From: Mobula hypostoma
Taxonomy: Eukaryota
NCBI RefSeq assembly: GCF_963921235.1
Contig: NC_086109.1
Location: forward strand, 5,644,001 to 5,708,000
DNA length: 64,000 bases
Reading direction: 5' to 3'
The translations under genes were made by a program, and so were the position numbers. Below, in pieces: positions 12,691 to 23,885 of this stretch. Within the stretch, counting starts at the first letter, position 1; the number at the start of each line of letters is the position of its first letter. The notes under the pieces were generated by a model, which did not search any database, was not told where the DNA came from, and saw only the letters and a program-made list of their open reading frames with translations.

Positions 12691-13424
12691 CATTAAAGTA
12701 GTCTCAAAAAAGAGGGAAGCTTTCAATTCTATAAAACTTTAACTCAGCAAAAACATATTTTAAACCCTGGTTGGACCGCAGTTGGAATATTGTGTTCGGT
12801 TCTAGGTAGTTAGTTTCCACCCATTATGCTGATGGCATTTAGGCAGTAATGAAGGACCTCCATCCCTATCTGTCCTCGACAATATACCTTCACACACAGG
12901 TATAGAAGAATTCTTCATTGCTGTTTCCATAACAATCTTTTGACCAGTCTGGGTTGTTGGCCCTGAGCTGAACCCCTGAACCAGGAGGACTGGTGGACCA
13001 CTTTTAGTCTGGCCTCCACCCCTCCACCTGTTTGGCATGGGTGACCCTACCAGGGACCAAGGCATAATGCCCTGACTCCAGCCAGCATAGTTCTATGGGT
13101 CACTGAGGCACACAAGCCTCCAAACCCTACGACAAGTTTGTGGTCCTCCTGGAGGTGTTCAGTTCTAGTTGTCTCATTATAGGAAGGATGTGGCAGCTTT
13201 AGAGAGGGTGAAGAAAGAGGAGTTTTACTGCGATGCTGCACGGATTGGAGAGCACGTCTTTTTTTTACGAGGGAAGTGTTCGATGGATTTTACAGTGGGT
13301 TAATAGGTCGGCACCTTATCATGGGCCGAAAGGCCTGTACTATGCTGTAGTGTTCTGTGTTTTATGTTCTATAATGTAGATCTTCTACTTATTTATTTTC
13401 TGTAATTATCACGATAATATGAGA

Positions 13425-13640
13425 GGTCCTGTAGCATAGTAATTAGCGTGACACTATTCCATCACCAGTTCCCCAGGTTCAATTCCCGCCGCTGTCTGTA
13501 AGGAGATTTTACGATCCCCCGCCCGTGACCGCATGGGTTTCCTCTGGGTGCTCTGGTTTCCTCCCACAGTCCAAGGAGGTAGAGTACTTGGCAGTAGGCT
13601 AGTTTGTCGCTTGGGTGTAATTGGACAAGATGGTCTCTCG
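13425..13640 (+). mobile_element. V-SINE (HE1-like); similar copies near 21810-22090, 39770-39930 and 40430-40670
   Basis: Degenerate tRNA-like head with GGTTCAATTCC B-box, followed by V-domain GGGTTTCCTCTGGGTGCTCTGGTTTCCTCCCACAGTCCAA. Confidence 0.65.
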
Positions 13641-13941
13641 GGGGGGGGCGTTGCTACTGCTGGCATAGTGGGAGGTGGGACCTGATACTTTTACTGCTGT
13701 TTGTGCATGGGGAGGGGGTTTGAGATTGAACATTTTCTGTCATTCATTCTTTGGGCTTTTTTCTGTTTCGTGGATGTCTGCAAAGAGTAACAGTTTCAAG
13801 TTGTATACTGTATACATTCTCTGATGTTAAATTGAACCATTTAACTATTGAACATGTGATGATATTAAGCCAATGACTAAAGGTAAAAGTGTCTTGTTGA
13901 AATATACTAACCAACACAGAGATTTGAAAAATTAACACCAC

Positions 13942-14580
13942 TTTATTTCAATATGAATATCACAAACTGTAACATGTTGAGGTCTGAAACAATATGTTTA
14001 TGCTGACAGTTACTGACTGCAACAAGCTGACAGATAATAAGCAGTACAACATGTACTTACTGGGTACCTACTCATGTGTAGACATGAGCTACAATGAGTT
14101 AAATGTGTTCTTGCAAACTAAATATGGAGCGTCTGCAGAAATCAATATACATTACATTCAGTATCAATACATATGAGAGTTGCAGGGTCAAAGACCCTTT
14201 CCCAATTCCATTAAATAACTAACTTTGATTCTCTTTTCGCAGATGCTGACTGACCTGCTGAGAGTTTTCTGCATTTTCTATATTTTTACTTCAGATGTCC
14301 ATCACCTGTCGTGTATTTTTAAAAAAAATTTCTGTGTCACAAATTTGTTACATTAAAAATTCAACATCTTACTGATCATTCAAAGAATGTTTTCTGTCCA
14401 TTTCACTGAGCAGACTGTAGGTAACGTAACAAAACCGGACATAAAATAATTCGAATGCAAAACATTTGAATCTACTCTTAAGACTGGGGAGTGAAGAACT
14501 TACAAAAATACTATTTCAAATTAATGACAACATAAGAGTTCCATGGGAGGATCTTGGCAATTGCTGGCCCAAATCTCAGC
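13942..14580 (-). other. il20l: Predicted 3' UTR of IL-20-like copy B with AU-rich motifs and poly(A) signal
   Basis: AT-rich. Minus-strand ATTTA at 14212-14216, 14119-14123 and 14100-14104; AATAAA at 13947-13942. Confidence 0.6.
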
Positions 14581-14664
14581 TTAGTTGCGGTGGTGCTGTT
14601 GCATCCAATTGATCAGAATGTCTATTTCACCAATCGCTTTAACAGCCGCTGCGTTTAATTCCAT
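14581..14664 (-). CDS. il20l: IL-20-like copy B, final coding exon (helix F)
   Basis: Acceptor ttgcag. Translates MELNAAAVKAIGEIDILINWMQQHHRN*, with the IL-10-family signature KAxGExDIL. The spliced protein is 175 aa with six cysteines in the mature part. Confidence 0.95.
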   Translation of the reverse strand: MELNAAAVKAIGEIDILINWMQQHHRN

Positions 14665-15394
14665 CTGCAAGTGGACAGATCTGTTCGTTAGTACAGGACA
14701 CATACTCCAGTCACCTCAGGCAAGGCAGCCTGTCCCCTTACTACAGTGTTCTACTGCCTTGCTGATTGTCACAGCTTTCTGGGTACGAATCTGTTGTTGA
14801 GTTCCTTCAATAGTAATACTGATTTAGTTGGGAAGCAGTGTGGGGTATTCCAAAAGAGGTGTGAAAGTTTCAATCTAGTGTCCCTTCCCTTTTGATATTT
14901 TTTTTCTTTTTTCATCAGCACGGAAACAGGCCCTTCAGCCCATCTAGTCTATGCCACGCTGCCATTCTGCGTCGTCCCAACCACCCACATGGTCCTCCAT
15001 ACCCCTCCCATCTATGTACCCATCCAAACTTCTCTTAAGAGTTGAAATCGGACCCACATCCACCATTTCTGCTGGCATCTCAATCCACACTCACACTACC
15101 CTGTGAGTGAAGATGTTCCATCAGGTTCAGAATCAGAATCAGGTTTCTTATCACCAGCACATGACGTGAAAGTTGTTAATATTCACCTTTCACCCTTAAC
15201 CCATGACCTCTAGTTCTAGTCTCACATGACCTCAGCCTGCTTGCATTTACCCTGTCTATACCCCTCATAATTGTGTATTATCACAGACAGACATTATATT
15301 ACAGAAACAGTTCAGTGTCAGACATAAAATTACTGCAAGTTACAAAACAAAACTGCCGTTGCCACGTTGATGAGAACAAGCGACAGCAACGAAC

Positions 15395-15469
15395 CTTTCC
15401 AAAGGTGTTGTGGATCAGTTTTATCTTCTCTCGAGTTTCTTCTCCACAATGACATTTCATCTCCTCGTG
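15395..15469 (-). CDS. il20l: IL-20-like copy B, coding exon 4
   Basis: 75 nt flanked by gggcag and GTTCGT. Translates HEEMKCHCGEETREKIKLIHNTFGK, containing the IL-20 CHCGEE motif. Phase 0. Confidence 0.95.
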
Positions 15470-15559
15470 CTGCCCGGTGAAGAAGGTGAGAGTGAGTGAA
15501 GGGTTGCCTACCAGCAAGAACCCTGAAAACGACTATACTAATAATATCACAGCAACATA

Positions 15560-16925
15560 TAGCATAGAACATAGAACAGTACAGGCTCTTCAGCCCACAA
15601 TGTTGTGCCGACTTTTTACCCACTCCAAGATCAATCTCACCATTCCCTCCCAGATAGCCCTCCAATTTTCGATCATATATGTGTCTAGCGAATTGTCTCT
15701 TAAATTTTCCTAATGCATCTGCCTCTACCAATCTCTGGCAGTGCGTTCCACAGACTCACCACTCTCAGTGTAAAATGCACTCCCCTGATATCCACCTACA
15801 CTTTCCTCTTAAAGTTATGTCCCATCGTATTTGCCATTTCTGCCCTGGGAAAATGTCTTGGGCTATCTACTTGATCATCTTGTACATCTCTATCAAGTCA
15901 TGGCAAAGCCTCGGGTGGACTCTGCCTCACCATTGAGCACATCTACATGGAGTACTGACGCAGGAAAGCAGCGTCCATCATCAGGGATGCCCACCACGCA
16001 GGCTATGCTCTCGTCTCACTGCAGCCTCAAGGAGGAAGGTGCAGGAGCCTCAGGAGTCACACCACCAGGTTCAGGACCATTTATTACCCCTCAATCCTCA
16101 GGCCCTCAAATGAGTGGGAGTAACTTCATTCAACTTCACTTGCTCCCTCACTGAACTGTTCCCACAACCTAAGGACTCACTTTCAAGGACTCATGTTCTC
16201 AATATTTATTACTTACTTATTTATTATTATTATTATTTTTTTTCTTTTTCACATCTGCACGTTGGTTGTTTGTCGGCCCCGTTGGGCACAGTCTTTTGTT
16301 GATTTTATTATGGTTCTTTGATTTACTGAGTATGCCCGTAAGAAAATGTATCTCACGGTTGTATATGGTGAAGTATATGTATTTTGATAATAAACTTACT
16401 TTGAAGCTTGAAGTCACCTCTCATCCTCCTTCGCTCCAAAGAGAAAAGCCCTAGCTCACTCAACCTTTCCTCTACAGACAAGCTCTCTAGCAGCATCCTG
16501 GTAAATCTCCTCTGCACCCTCTCTAAAGCTTCCATGTCCTCTCTATAATGAGGCAACCAGAAATCAACACAATATTCCAAATGCGTTCTGACCAGAGTTT
16601 TATCAAGATGCAGCATTATAAAGTTCATGGCTCTTGAAATCAATCCCCTAACTAACACACCAGATGCCTTCTCAACAACTCTATCAGCTTGCATGGCAAC
16701 CTTGAGGAATCTATGGACATGGGCTCCAAAATGCCTCTGTGCCTCCACACGGCTAAAAATCCTGCCACTCACCTTGCATTCTGCCTTCAAGTTTGACCTT
16801 CCAAAGTGCATCACTTCAAACTTGAATGGATAAAACTCCATCTGTCACTTCTCAGCCCATCTTATCAATATTCTGCAGCAATTTATGACAACCTTCTACA
16901 CCATCCCCAACTCCACCAACGTTCA
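15560..16925. mobile_element. CR1 fragment (minus) interrupted by a Rex1-type 3' fragment (plus, about 15900-16412), within an il20l intron
   Basis: ORF 16353-16841 is CR1 RT C-terminus. The CR1 sequence breaks at ...ctatcaagtca (15900) and resumes at aagtcacctctc (16411). Confidence 0.7.
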
Positions 16926-16990
16926 TGATATGGAAGATGTGACACTGCCCCCGAATACGAAAGAGCGTGGGGGTTGCTGTCAGTACTTAC

Positions 16991-17143
16991 ACACTGTCGC
17001 ACCAGGATCTTCATGCTGAGGAAGTAGTTGGCCAGGCTGCTGGTCCTCCTCTCGATGAGGGTGCTGGATGGGGTGTGGTGCTTGAACACGGTCTCCACGT
17101 AGAACCTCAGCACGTGGTGCAGGAAACAGCAGCTCTCCTGAGC
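16991..17143 (-). CDS. il20l: IL-20-like copy B, coding exon 3
   Basis: 153 nt, the size typical of this exon in the IL-10 family, flanked by ccccag and GTAAGT. Translates AQESCCFLHHVLRFYVETVFKHHTPSSTLIERRTSSLANYFLSMKILVRQC, with the CC...VF...SSLAN motifs of IL-19/IL-20. Confidence 0.96.
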
Positions 17144-17888
17144 CTGGGGTGGAGCAGACAAATGGGGTGAGGGAGCTAAAATCTCAGTCAGTCCAACATC
17201 TAATGATGTGTTGCAGGAGATGATAAACCACTGCCAACATTATTATCACGATGGGGAAGTCAGAGGCCAATTGTCTGTGAATCAACAAAGTCAGAGGCTG
17301 AAGAAGACAGCCTGTCCTGGGGTCAGAGGACTGTGTATGTGAGTGATAAACACAAGGGATTCTGCAGATGCTGGAAACGCGGAGTAACAGATGCAAGATG
17401 CTGGAGGTGAATAGATCCTGGTGAATGGTCTTATCCCGAACACCGAATGTTTATCCCCCTCCATGGAGGCTGCCCGACTTGCTGAGCTCCTCCAGCATTT
17501 TGTGTGTGTTGCTGTGCATTTGCCCGCGTGGATGGGAGGGAGAAGCAGGGTTTGTTTAGCTGCTTGGCATGTTCTGTTTTGTTGTGCTCCGTGTTGTTCT
17601 ACCACCAAATGCCGGCAGGATATGTCGTTATCAGAATGTGTGGTGAGATTTGCGGCTGGTCCCAGCACATGCTTGGACGTGTTGGTTGTTTGTGTAAACA
17701 ATGGATTTCACTGTATGTTTTGATGTAAATGTGATAAATAAATCTGAATCTGAATTATTAACTGGTGACTAATGAAATCCCGTTAAGCCCCAGCATCAAA
17801 GTATATTCCAGTGAGGTGAATCGTGAGGCAGATGATGCCTCGGTCACAGGGAGAAGGAATGGCGGGTGAACAGTCAGACAATACTCAC

Positions 17889-17951
17889 CTGGATGCTGTG
17901 GAAGATAGATCTGCTCAGAAGCCTGATGTGGTCCGTTTCATCTTCAGCTTG
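17889..17951 (-). CDS. il20l: IL-20-like copy B, coding exon 2
   Basis: 63 nt flanked by gacag and GTGAGT. Translates QAEDETDHIRLLSRSIFHSIQ (compare IL-20 QAKDGNIDIRIL). Phase 0. Not in the ORF track. Confidence 0.93.
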
Positions 17952-18563
17952 CTGTCGAGGCAACATTGGAGCTGGTGATTAGCTTTCCCGATATACAATG
18001 GGTAACCGTTCATAGAACCCAGCACAGTACAGTCCGTGATCAGGTTCTTTGGATCACAATGTCACGATGACAAAGTAAACTACATCCCATCAGTCTGTAC
18101 ATGATCCTTATCCCTCCGTTCCTGTATACCCCCTCAGATCGTAAGATCTCTGAACTCCCGAGCACCACCCAGGTCTCATCACGCCGTTGGTGTCATACTG
18201 ATCACTTTTAACTTGTGTAGTGAATGAATCTTATTATTTGATAATTTATCTGTAGCAATATTGCTTTATGTGTATGTCTGTGTACATCTTTGTCCGGAGA
18301 AACATTGATTAATTTGACAGTGTACATGAGTATACGTCTGAATGACAATAAACTGAACTTCAACTTAAACTTGGACTGCATAAAGTTTACACCAAATGAG
18401 ACCAAACCAATGTTTTATACAACTGAAACATGCCTTCCTGACTTTTATACTGGGTGCCCCGGCCGATGAACACAACCATGTCACACGCGTCCCTTACCCC
18501 GCCATCTACCTGAGCAGCCGGTTCAGTACAGGAGCAGGCTGTGGGGGAACCGCTCATACTTAC

Positions 18564-18716
18564 TATTGTCTGCTTAATATCCAGGAAGGCTTGCTGGATC
18601 TGAGCCAGGCTGGCCGTCAGCGTGCACTGGCCGAAGGTCAGGCGCCTGCCGTGGACAGCCCAGAGGTGGCAGGCGAGCAAAGCGGCCAGGGTGTAGGTAG
18701 CGCCGAGAGTCCGCAT
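18564..18716 (-). CDS. il20l: IL-20-like cytokine, copy B, coding exon 1 (signal peptide and N-terminus; whole exon 18734-18564)
   Basis: Kozak GCCATG. Translates MRTLGATYTLAALLACHLWAVHG|RRLTFGQCTLTASLAQIQQAFLDIKQTI (51 codons), resembling the mammalian IL-20 N-terminus (LNLGSC...LQEIRNGFSEI). Acceptor ctctgtcgcag precedes 18734; donor GTAAGT; phase 0. Confidence 0.95.
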
Positions 18717-19198
18717 GGCGAAGCAGCGAGGAACCTGCGACAGAGACGGGACATGGTCCGGTCAGTCGGTGTGGGGGCACAAGAGCGACGGCAGGGACCG
18801 GTCCCCGAGCGAGGCGTGGGACAGCAGGAGCCCCTCGCACCGGCCACTGGCATCACAGAGACCGTAACTCCGCCGGCTTTACCGCCGAGCATGGAGCGGT
18901 CCGTGTGCGCTGTGAACGCAATGGTGAACACCAGATTCTGCCGATGCTGGGATGCCTCCTGTCCCGTTCCCCGCCCGTCCAGCTCACAGGTTAAAGAGAA
19001 GGATGGGCGAACGAGAAGAGATTAGTTTGAAATTTGCCGGAAAACCCGCGGCGCGGTGCACTGGAATAAAAATACAGAAAACGCTGGAAAGACTGAGCGA
19101 GTCGGGCAGAGTCGGCAGGGAGGGGAGCAGAAGATGATTCTAACGGTGCCCGAGGGACGGGGGAGCGGGTCTCGAACTCGTGGCCAGGTGCACCCTAC

Positions 19199-19240
19199 CT
19201 GAAGCTTCTGAAGCGACTGTACTGCTCTGCTGAGCTGGAG
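19199..19240 (-). other. il20l: Predicted non-coding exon 1 of IL-20-like copy B (start approximate)
   Basis: Begins about 25-30 nt downstream of TATTTAA and ends at donor CAG|GTAGGG. It contains no ATG, and the ATG-containing exon has its own acceptor. Confidence 0.7.
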
Positions 19241-19265
19241 TGCCGGGCTGCTCAGGACGGGCTCC

Positions 19266-19364
19266 TTAAATACAGGTGTCGAGGAGCGGGGATCTCTGCT
19301 GATGTCCCCAGAACTGCCTGCTCCCTGCGGCCACACATTTCACTTCCTCACTCGTTTGCATAAT
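19266..19364 (-). promoter_or_regulatory. Proximal promoter of IL-20-like copy B
   Basis: TATA-like TATTTAA 19272-19266; kB-like GGGGATCTCT 19288-19297; ETS-IRF composite GGAAGTGAAA 19347-19338; C/EBP-like TTGCATAAT 19356-19364. Confidence 0.65.
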
Positions 19365-19504
19365 TCCATTCTGCTCACCTGGCCCGTTTACAGCAATTCC
19401 TCTCCAAACATTTCCATTTCCTTCCTTTACCAAATGCACTGGAATGAGAGGCTTTGACACAATCTGTGTTGGTGGAGACCTCCAGCTGTGGCTTGCTGGT
19501 CAGT

Positions 19505-21235
19505 TATGGCTCTTTTCCAGCTGTGCACCTTTAGCCAGATGTGCACCTTTAGCCAGCTCTTTATCGTTGGTTACCTGTGCACTTTCACCAGTTTGTATCC
19601 TTGCCAAGATGTGTATCTTTGTCCAGTTGTGTATCTTTTTCCAGCTGGTCACTTATGACTCTTTTTCAGCTGTGCACCTTTGTCCAGATGTTTCTCTTCG
19701 GTTACCTGTGCACCATGACCAGTTCTGCACCTTTTTCCCAGCTGTGCAGTTCTGCCCAACTGTTTATCCTTGTCCGGTTGTGTATATTTGACCAGCTGTG
19801 TATCCTTGCCAAGATGTGAATATGTGCCCTGCTGTGTATATTTGTCCAGCTCTGTATCTTTTCCAGCTCTGTATCCTTGCCAAGATGTGTGTTTGTCCGA
19901 CTGTGTGTCTTTGTCCAGCTGTGTACCTTTGTCCAGCTGTGTATCTTTGTCCTGCTGTGTATGTTGGTCTAGCTGTGTATCTTTGTCCTGCTGTGTATCT
20001 TTGTCCAGCTGTGTATCTTGTCCAGCTGTTTACCTTTGTCCAGCTGTTTACCTTTGTCCAGCTGTTTACCTTTGTCCAGCTGTGTATTGTTGTCCAGCTT
20101 TGTATCTTTGTCCTGCTATGTATCTTTGTCCAGCTGTTTATCTTTGTCCAGTTGTGTACCTTTGTCCAGCTGTGTATCTTTGTCCAGTTGTGTACCTTTG
20201 TCCAGCTGTGTATCTTGTCCAGCTGTGTATCTTTGTCCAGTTGTGTACCTTTGTCCAGCTGTGTATCTTTGTCCTGCTGTGTATCTTTGTCCAGCTGTTT
20301 ACCTTTGTCCAGCTGTTTATCTTTGTCCAGCTGTGTATCTTTGTCCAGCTGTGTATCTTGTCCAGCTGTTTACCTTTGTCCAGCTGTGTATCTTTGTCCA
20401 GCTGTGTATCTTTGTCCAGCTGTGTATCCGTTGTCTGCCTCGTTTCTCTGGACAGTTGCAGACCTCTTCCCGTCTCTGTGTTGTTTCTCCCTCTGTTTCC
20501 CCTTGTCCAGCTGTTCACCTTCAACAATCAAGGAGTAACTTTATTCACCATATACATTGGACATTTGCTGAGGTGTGTTGGTAAGGGTGTGAAATGCACC
20601 AAAAACAACATTTAACAGTTATAAGGAACAAAGAATTATATAAAATAAAGTTAGACGTTAACATACAGATGAGGAATAAAATGTGCTTAAATACATCAAT
20701 GTCACCACACATCTAAATATTTTGTCTATCTGTTCCCTTCAGCCAACTGGCCAGCTGTTTCCAGCTGTTCCCCTTGTCCAGCTGTTTCATCTTGACAGCC
20801 ATTTCTTTTCCCCAGCTATATCCCTTTATCCAGATATTCCCTTTGATCAGCTGTTTCCCCTTGTCCAGTTGTTTCCCCTTGTCCAGTTGTTTCCCTTTGA
20901 CCAGCTGTTTACCTTCAGCCTGCTCTTTCACATTGGCCGGCTGGCCTTGTTTTTTTCAAGCCACTTCCCTGTCACAGCTTCTTGGGTAGGAGGCTGTTTA
21001 TTTGAATCCCTCTGCAAAGATTTCAGTGCTGCGGGAAAGTGGCACTATGCTGGGACCTGGGCTCTGCCAGCTGTCCCCCAGGACACCATCGTTTATCCAG
21101 GACACCAAAATGTTCCCCGGGACACCAGCTGTTCTCCGGGATACCAGCTATTCTCCAGGACACCAGCTGTTTGCAAGGACACCAACTGTTTTCCAGGACA
21201 ACAAACTGTTCCCCAAGATACCAGCTATTCTCTAA
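19505..21235. repeat. 18-bp minisatellite, second array; distal variant unit CCAGGACACCAGCTGTTC at about 21065-21235
   Basis: Same unit as 2490-3945 with a longer homogeneous core (about 19905-20425). Interrupted at about 20525-20735 and 20920-21060. Confidence 0.9.
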
Positions 21236-23579
21236 GACAACAGCCACAGCTTCAAACATTGTTGCTGTTTGTAAGTGCACATTCTCTTAAAGAAAAGAAG
21301 TTGATAGATGTCTACAAGAAGATAAAAACTATAGATAAAGTGGACAACTGGGCAGTTGTTCCCAGGATGAAAATGGATAATACAAGAGGGCATAATTTTA
21401 AGGCGATTGGAGGGAAGTATCGGGGGGGAAATGTCTAAAGTAGGTTTTTTACAGGGAGAATGGTGGGTGTGTGGAACACGCTGTCAGGGTGGTGGTAGAG
21501 GCAAAAACATTAGGGACACAAAAGACTATTAGGTAGGCTCATGGATGGTAGCAAATGGAGTGCTATGTGAGTAGGAAGGGTAAGATTGATAGTCGAGTAG
21601 GTTAAAGGGTCAGCACAACATTGTGGGCTGAAGGGCTTGTACTGTGCTGTACTGTTCTATGAAACTTTTTCCCTGAAATAAAGAATTATGCTTTGCAAAG
21701 CACATACTGTTCTGCACTTTGAGAGCTGTATCGTTCAAGCTGATAACTTTGAATAAAGCTGTTTTCGAGCCGTCAGTGGTTTCTGCTCGTACGGCATCGC
21801 GAGTCATCATGGTCGTGTAGCGGTTAGGGCAATGGCTGTCGCACCTCGGAGTGTTGGAGTGTTGGAGTTCAATTCCGCCTTTCTCTGTAAGGAGTTTATA
21901 TGTTCTCCCCCGGTGATTGTGTGGGTTTCCTCTGGGTGCTCTGGTTTCTTCCCACAGTCCAAAGACATACAGGTTGGTTGGTCATTGTAAATTATCCTGA
22001 GACAAGGCTAGGTCTAAATAAGAGTGCTGCTGGGCAGTGATGTTTGTCGGGCTAGGAGGCCCTGTTCCATACTGTATCTCTAAATAAAAATGAATAAAAT
22101 CACAATACTTATCTGTTACAGAACATCTGTCCTATCCAAGTACCTGTCACCGTGTCACATATGAACTGCCAGTAGCGTTATACTGTTTACTTTTCAACCT
22201 GTGTCATAAACGCACCTTATTAAATTCAAGTTCAAGTTTAGTTGTCATTCAACCATACATGAATACCCTTGAATACAGACAAATGAAAGGGTGTTACTCT
22301 GGGGCCAAGGTTCAACACACAGTAACAACACACAGCCACAAGGTACATGTACTGTAGCACATATAAGATATCAGTAAAACACAGTCACACAAAGAAATAT
22401 AGTCCAGTTCCCTGAGTCCACGAATGCAACAGTCTGCAGTTGAACTCAATATTGCTTGTCTTCTGTCAAGTGAACACTGGGGGGCGGAGGGACCTGCATC
22501 GATTCCACTTTGGATGTTGTGCTATTTCACCTCCAGCACTCCAGTGGAGTGCCTCGACTCCGACACCTCCCTCTTAGGCGGTTGTAAACAGGCAACACTG
22601 TGGCTTGAGGCCTAATCCTCGCTATGACCAAGGCCACACAGTTTCCCCTGCTGTTGTCCCCCATTGTCCGCCAATAAATCAAAGCATCGGACTTGCAGCA
22701 TTCCACATTAGCAATGTCCAACAGGGCCTTGTGATCACAAAAGAAGCAACTAAGGTGATCACCGTTGTTCAACAGCGACACCCGCCTTCAACGCAGGCAG
22801 CAGAGTGAGCTACCCCAAATCCAGTTCCTTCAGTTCTCCATGAACGAGACCACCCCACAGGAACACTATCTGGGTGTAAAGATTGCTCCTCACATTTCAC
22901 TTAAATCTCCCCCCTCTCTGGGTGAAAGGCGATGCACGTTCACCCTTTCTATGCCCCTCCATAATATCATAATACCTCCATAATATCACTCTTCATTCAG
23001 AATCTGGTCCAGGTTTACTGCACGTGATGAAATTTGGTCTAATTAGCATAATCAAAGATCCCACCCACCCCAGACATTCTCTCTTCTCCCCCCTCCAATT
23101 GGGTTTAAGATGCAAAGGCCTGAAAGTGCACATCACCAAGCTTAAGGACGTCTTCTACCCGCTGTTATAAGACTGTTGAACAGTTCCTTCGTATGATAAG
23201 ACGTACGCGTGACCTCTCAGTCTACCTTGTTATGATCTTGCACCTTATTGTCTACCAGCCCTGCACCTTCTCTGTAGTTGTAACAGTTTGTTCTGCACTG
23301 TTATTGTTTTATCCTGTTCCACCTCAGTGCACTGTGTAATGATTTAATCTGAGTGAACAGTACACAAGACAAGCTTTTCACTGTATCTCACTGGCTTCAG
23401 CTCCCTTCCTTTCCAGTCCTGATGAAACACCAACTGTCCATTTCCCTCTGTAGATGCTGACTGACCTGCTGAGTTCAGTTCCTCCAGCGTTTTAATAAAT
23501 ATTAATAATAAATACTTTATTGCTTATTATTTCATTACAGCAGCAACATTTAAAAATACATTTAACAGTAATAATTATT

Positions 23580-23885
23580 ATAGGCATCCGTTCGTCTTGT
23601 GAGACCATGGATTTGTGCCTTGGAAGGTTTCCAGGGCGCAGGCCTGGGCAAGGTTGTATGGAAGACCAGCAGTTGCCCCTGCTGCAAGTCTCCCCTCTCC
23701 ACGCCACCGATTCTTGTCCAAGGGAAGAGCATTAGGACCCATACAGCTTGGCACCGGTGTCATCGCAGAGCAATGTGTGGTTAGGTGCCTTGCTCAAGGA
23801 CACAACACGCTGCCTCAGCCAAGGCTCGAACTAGCGACCTTCAGATCACTAGACAAATGCCTTAACCACTTGGCCACATGCCAAC
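23580..23885 (-). mobile_element. tRNA-derived SINE
   Basis: Head TGGCCAAGTGGTTAAGGC...AGTTCGAGCC (A and B boxes) followed by GTGTCCTTGAGCAAGGCAC; AT-rich flanks. Confidence 0.7.

Noticed and set aside
18387..18563. ORF read-through beyond the first il20l coding exon (VSMSGSP...)
   Set aside because: Intronic. There is a strong GTAAGT donor, and the distal part is a CR1 relic (MFQLYKTLVWSHL).
19770..20615. Cys-rich repetitive ORFs (SSCVSL, CPAVYL, VQLCIF), also at 2287-3453
   Set aside because: The 18-bp unit is a multiple of three and stop-free in several frames at once. This is a minisatellite artefact, not a keratin-associated or metallothionein-like gene.
23790..23885. tRNA gene candidate (also 41410-41483)
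   Set aside because: These are tRNA-derived SINE heads fused to SINE bodies, without a convincing cloverleaf.
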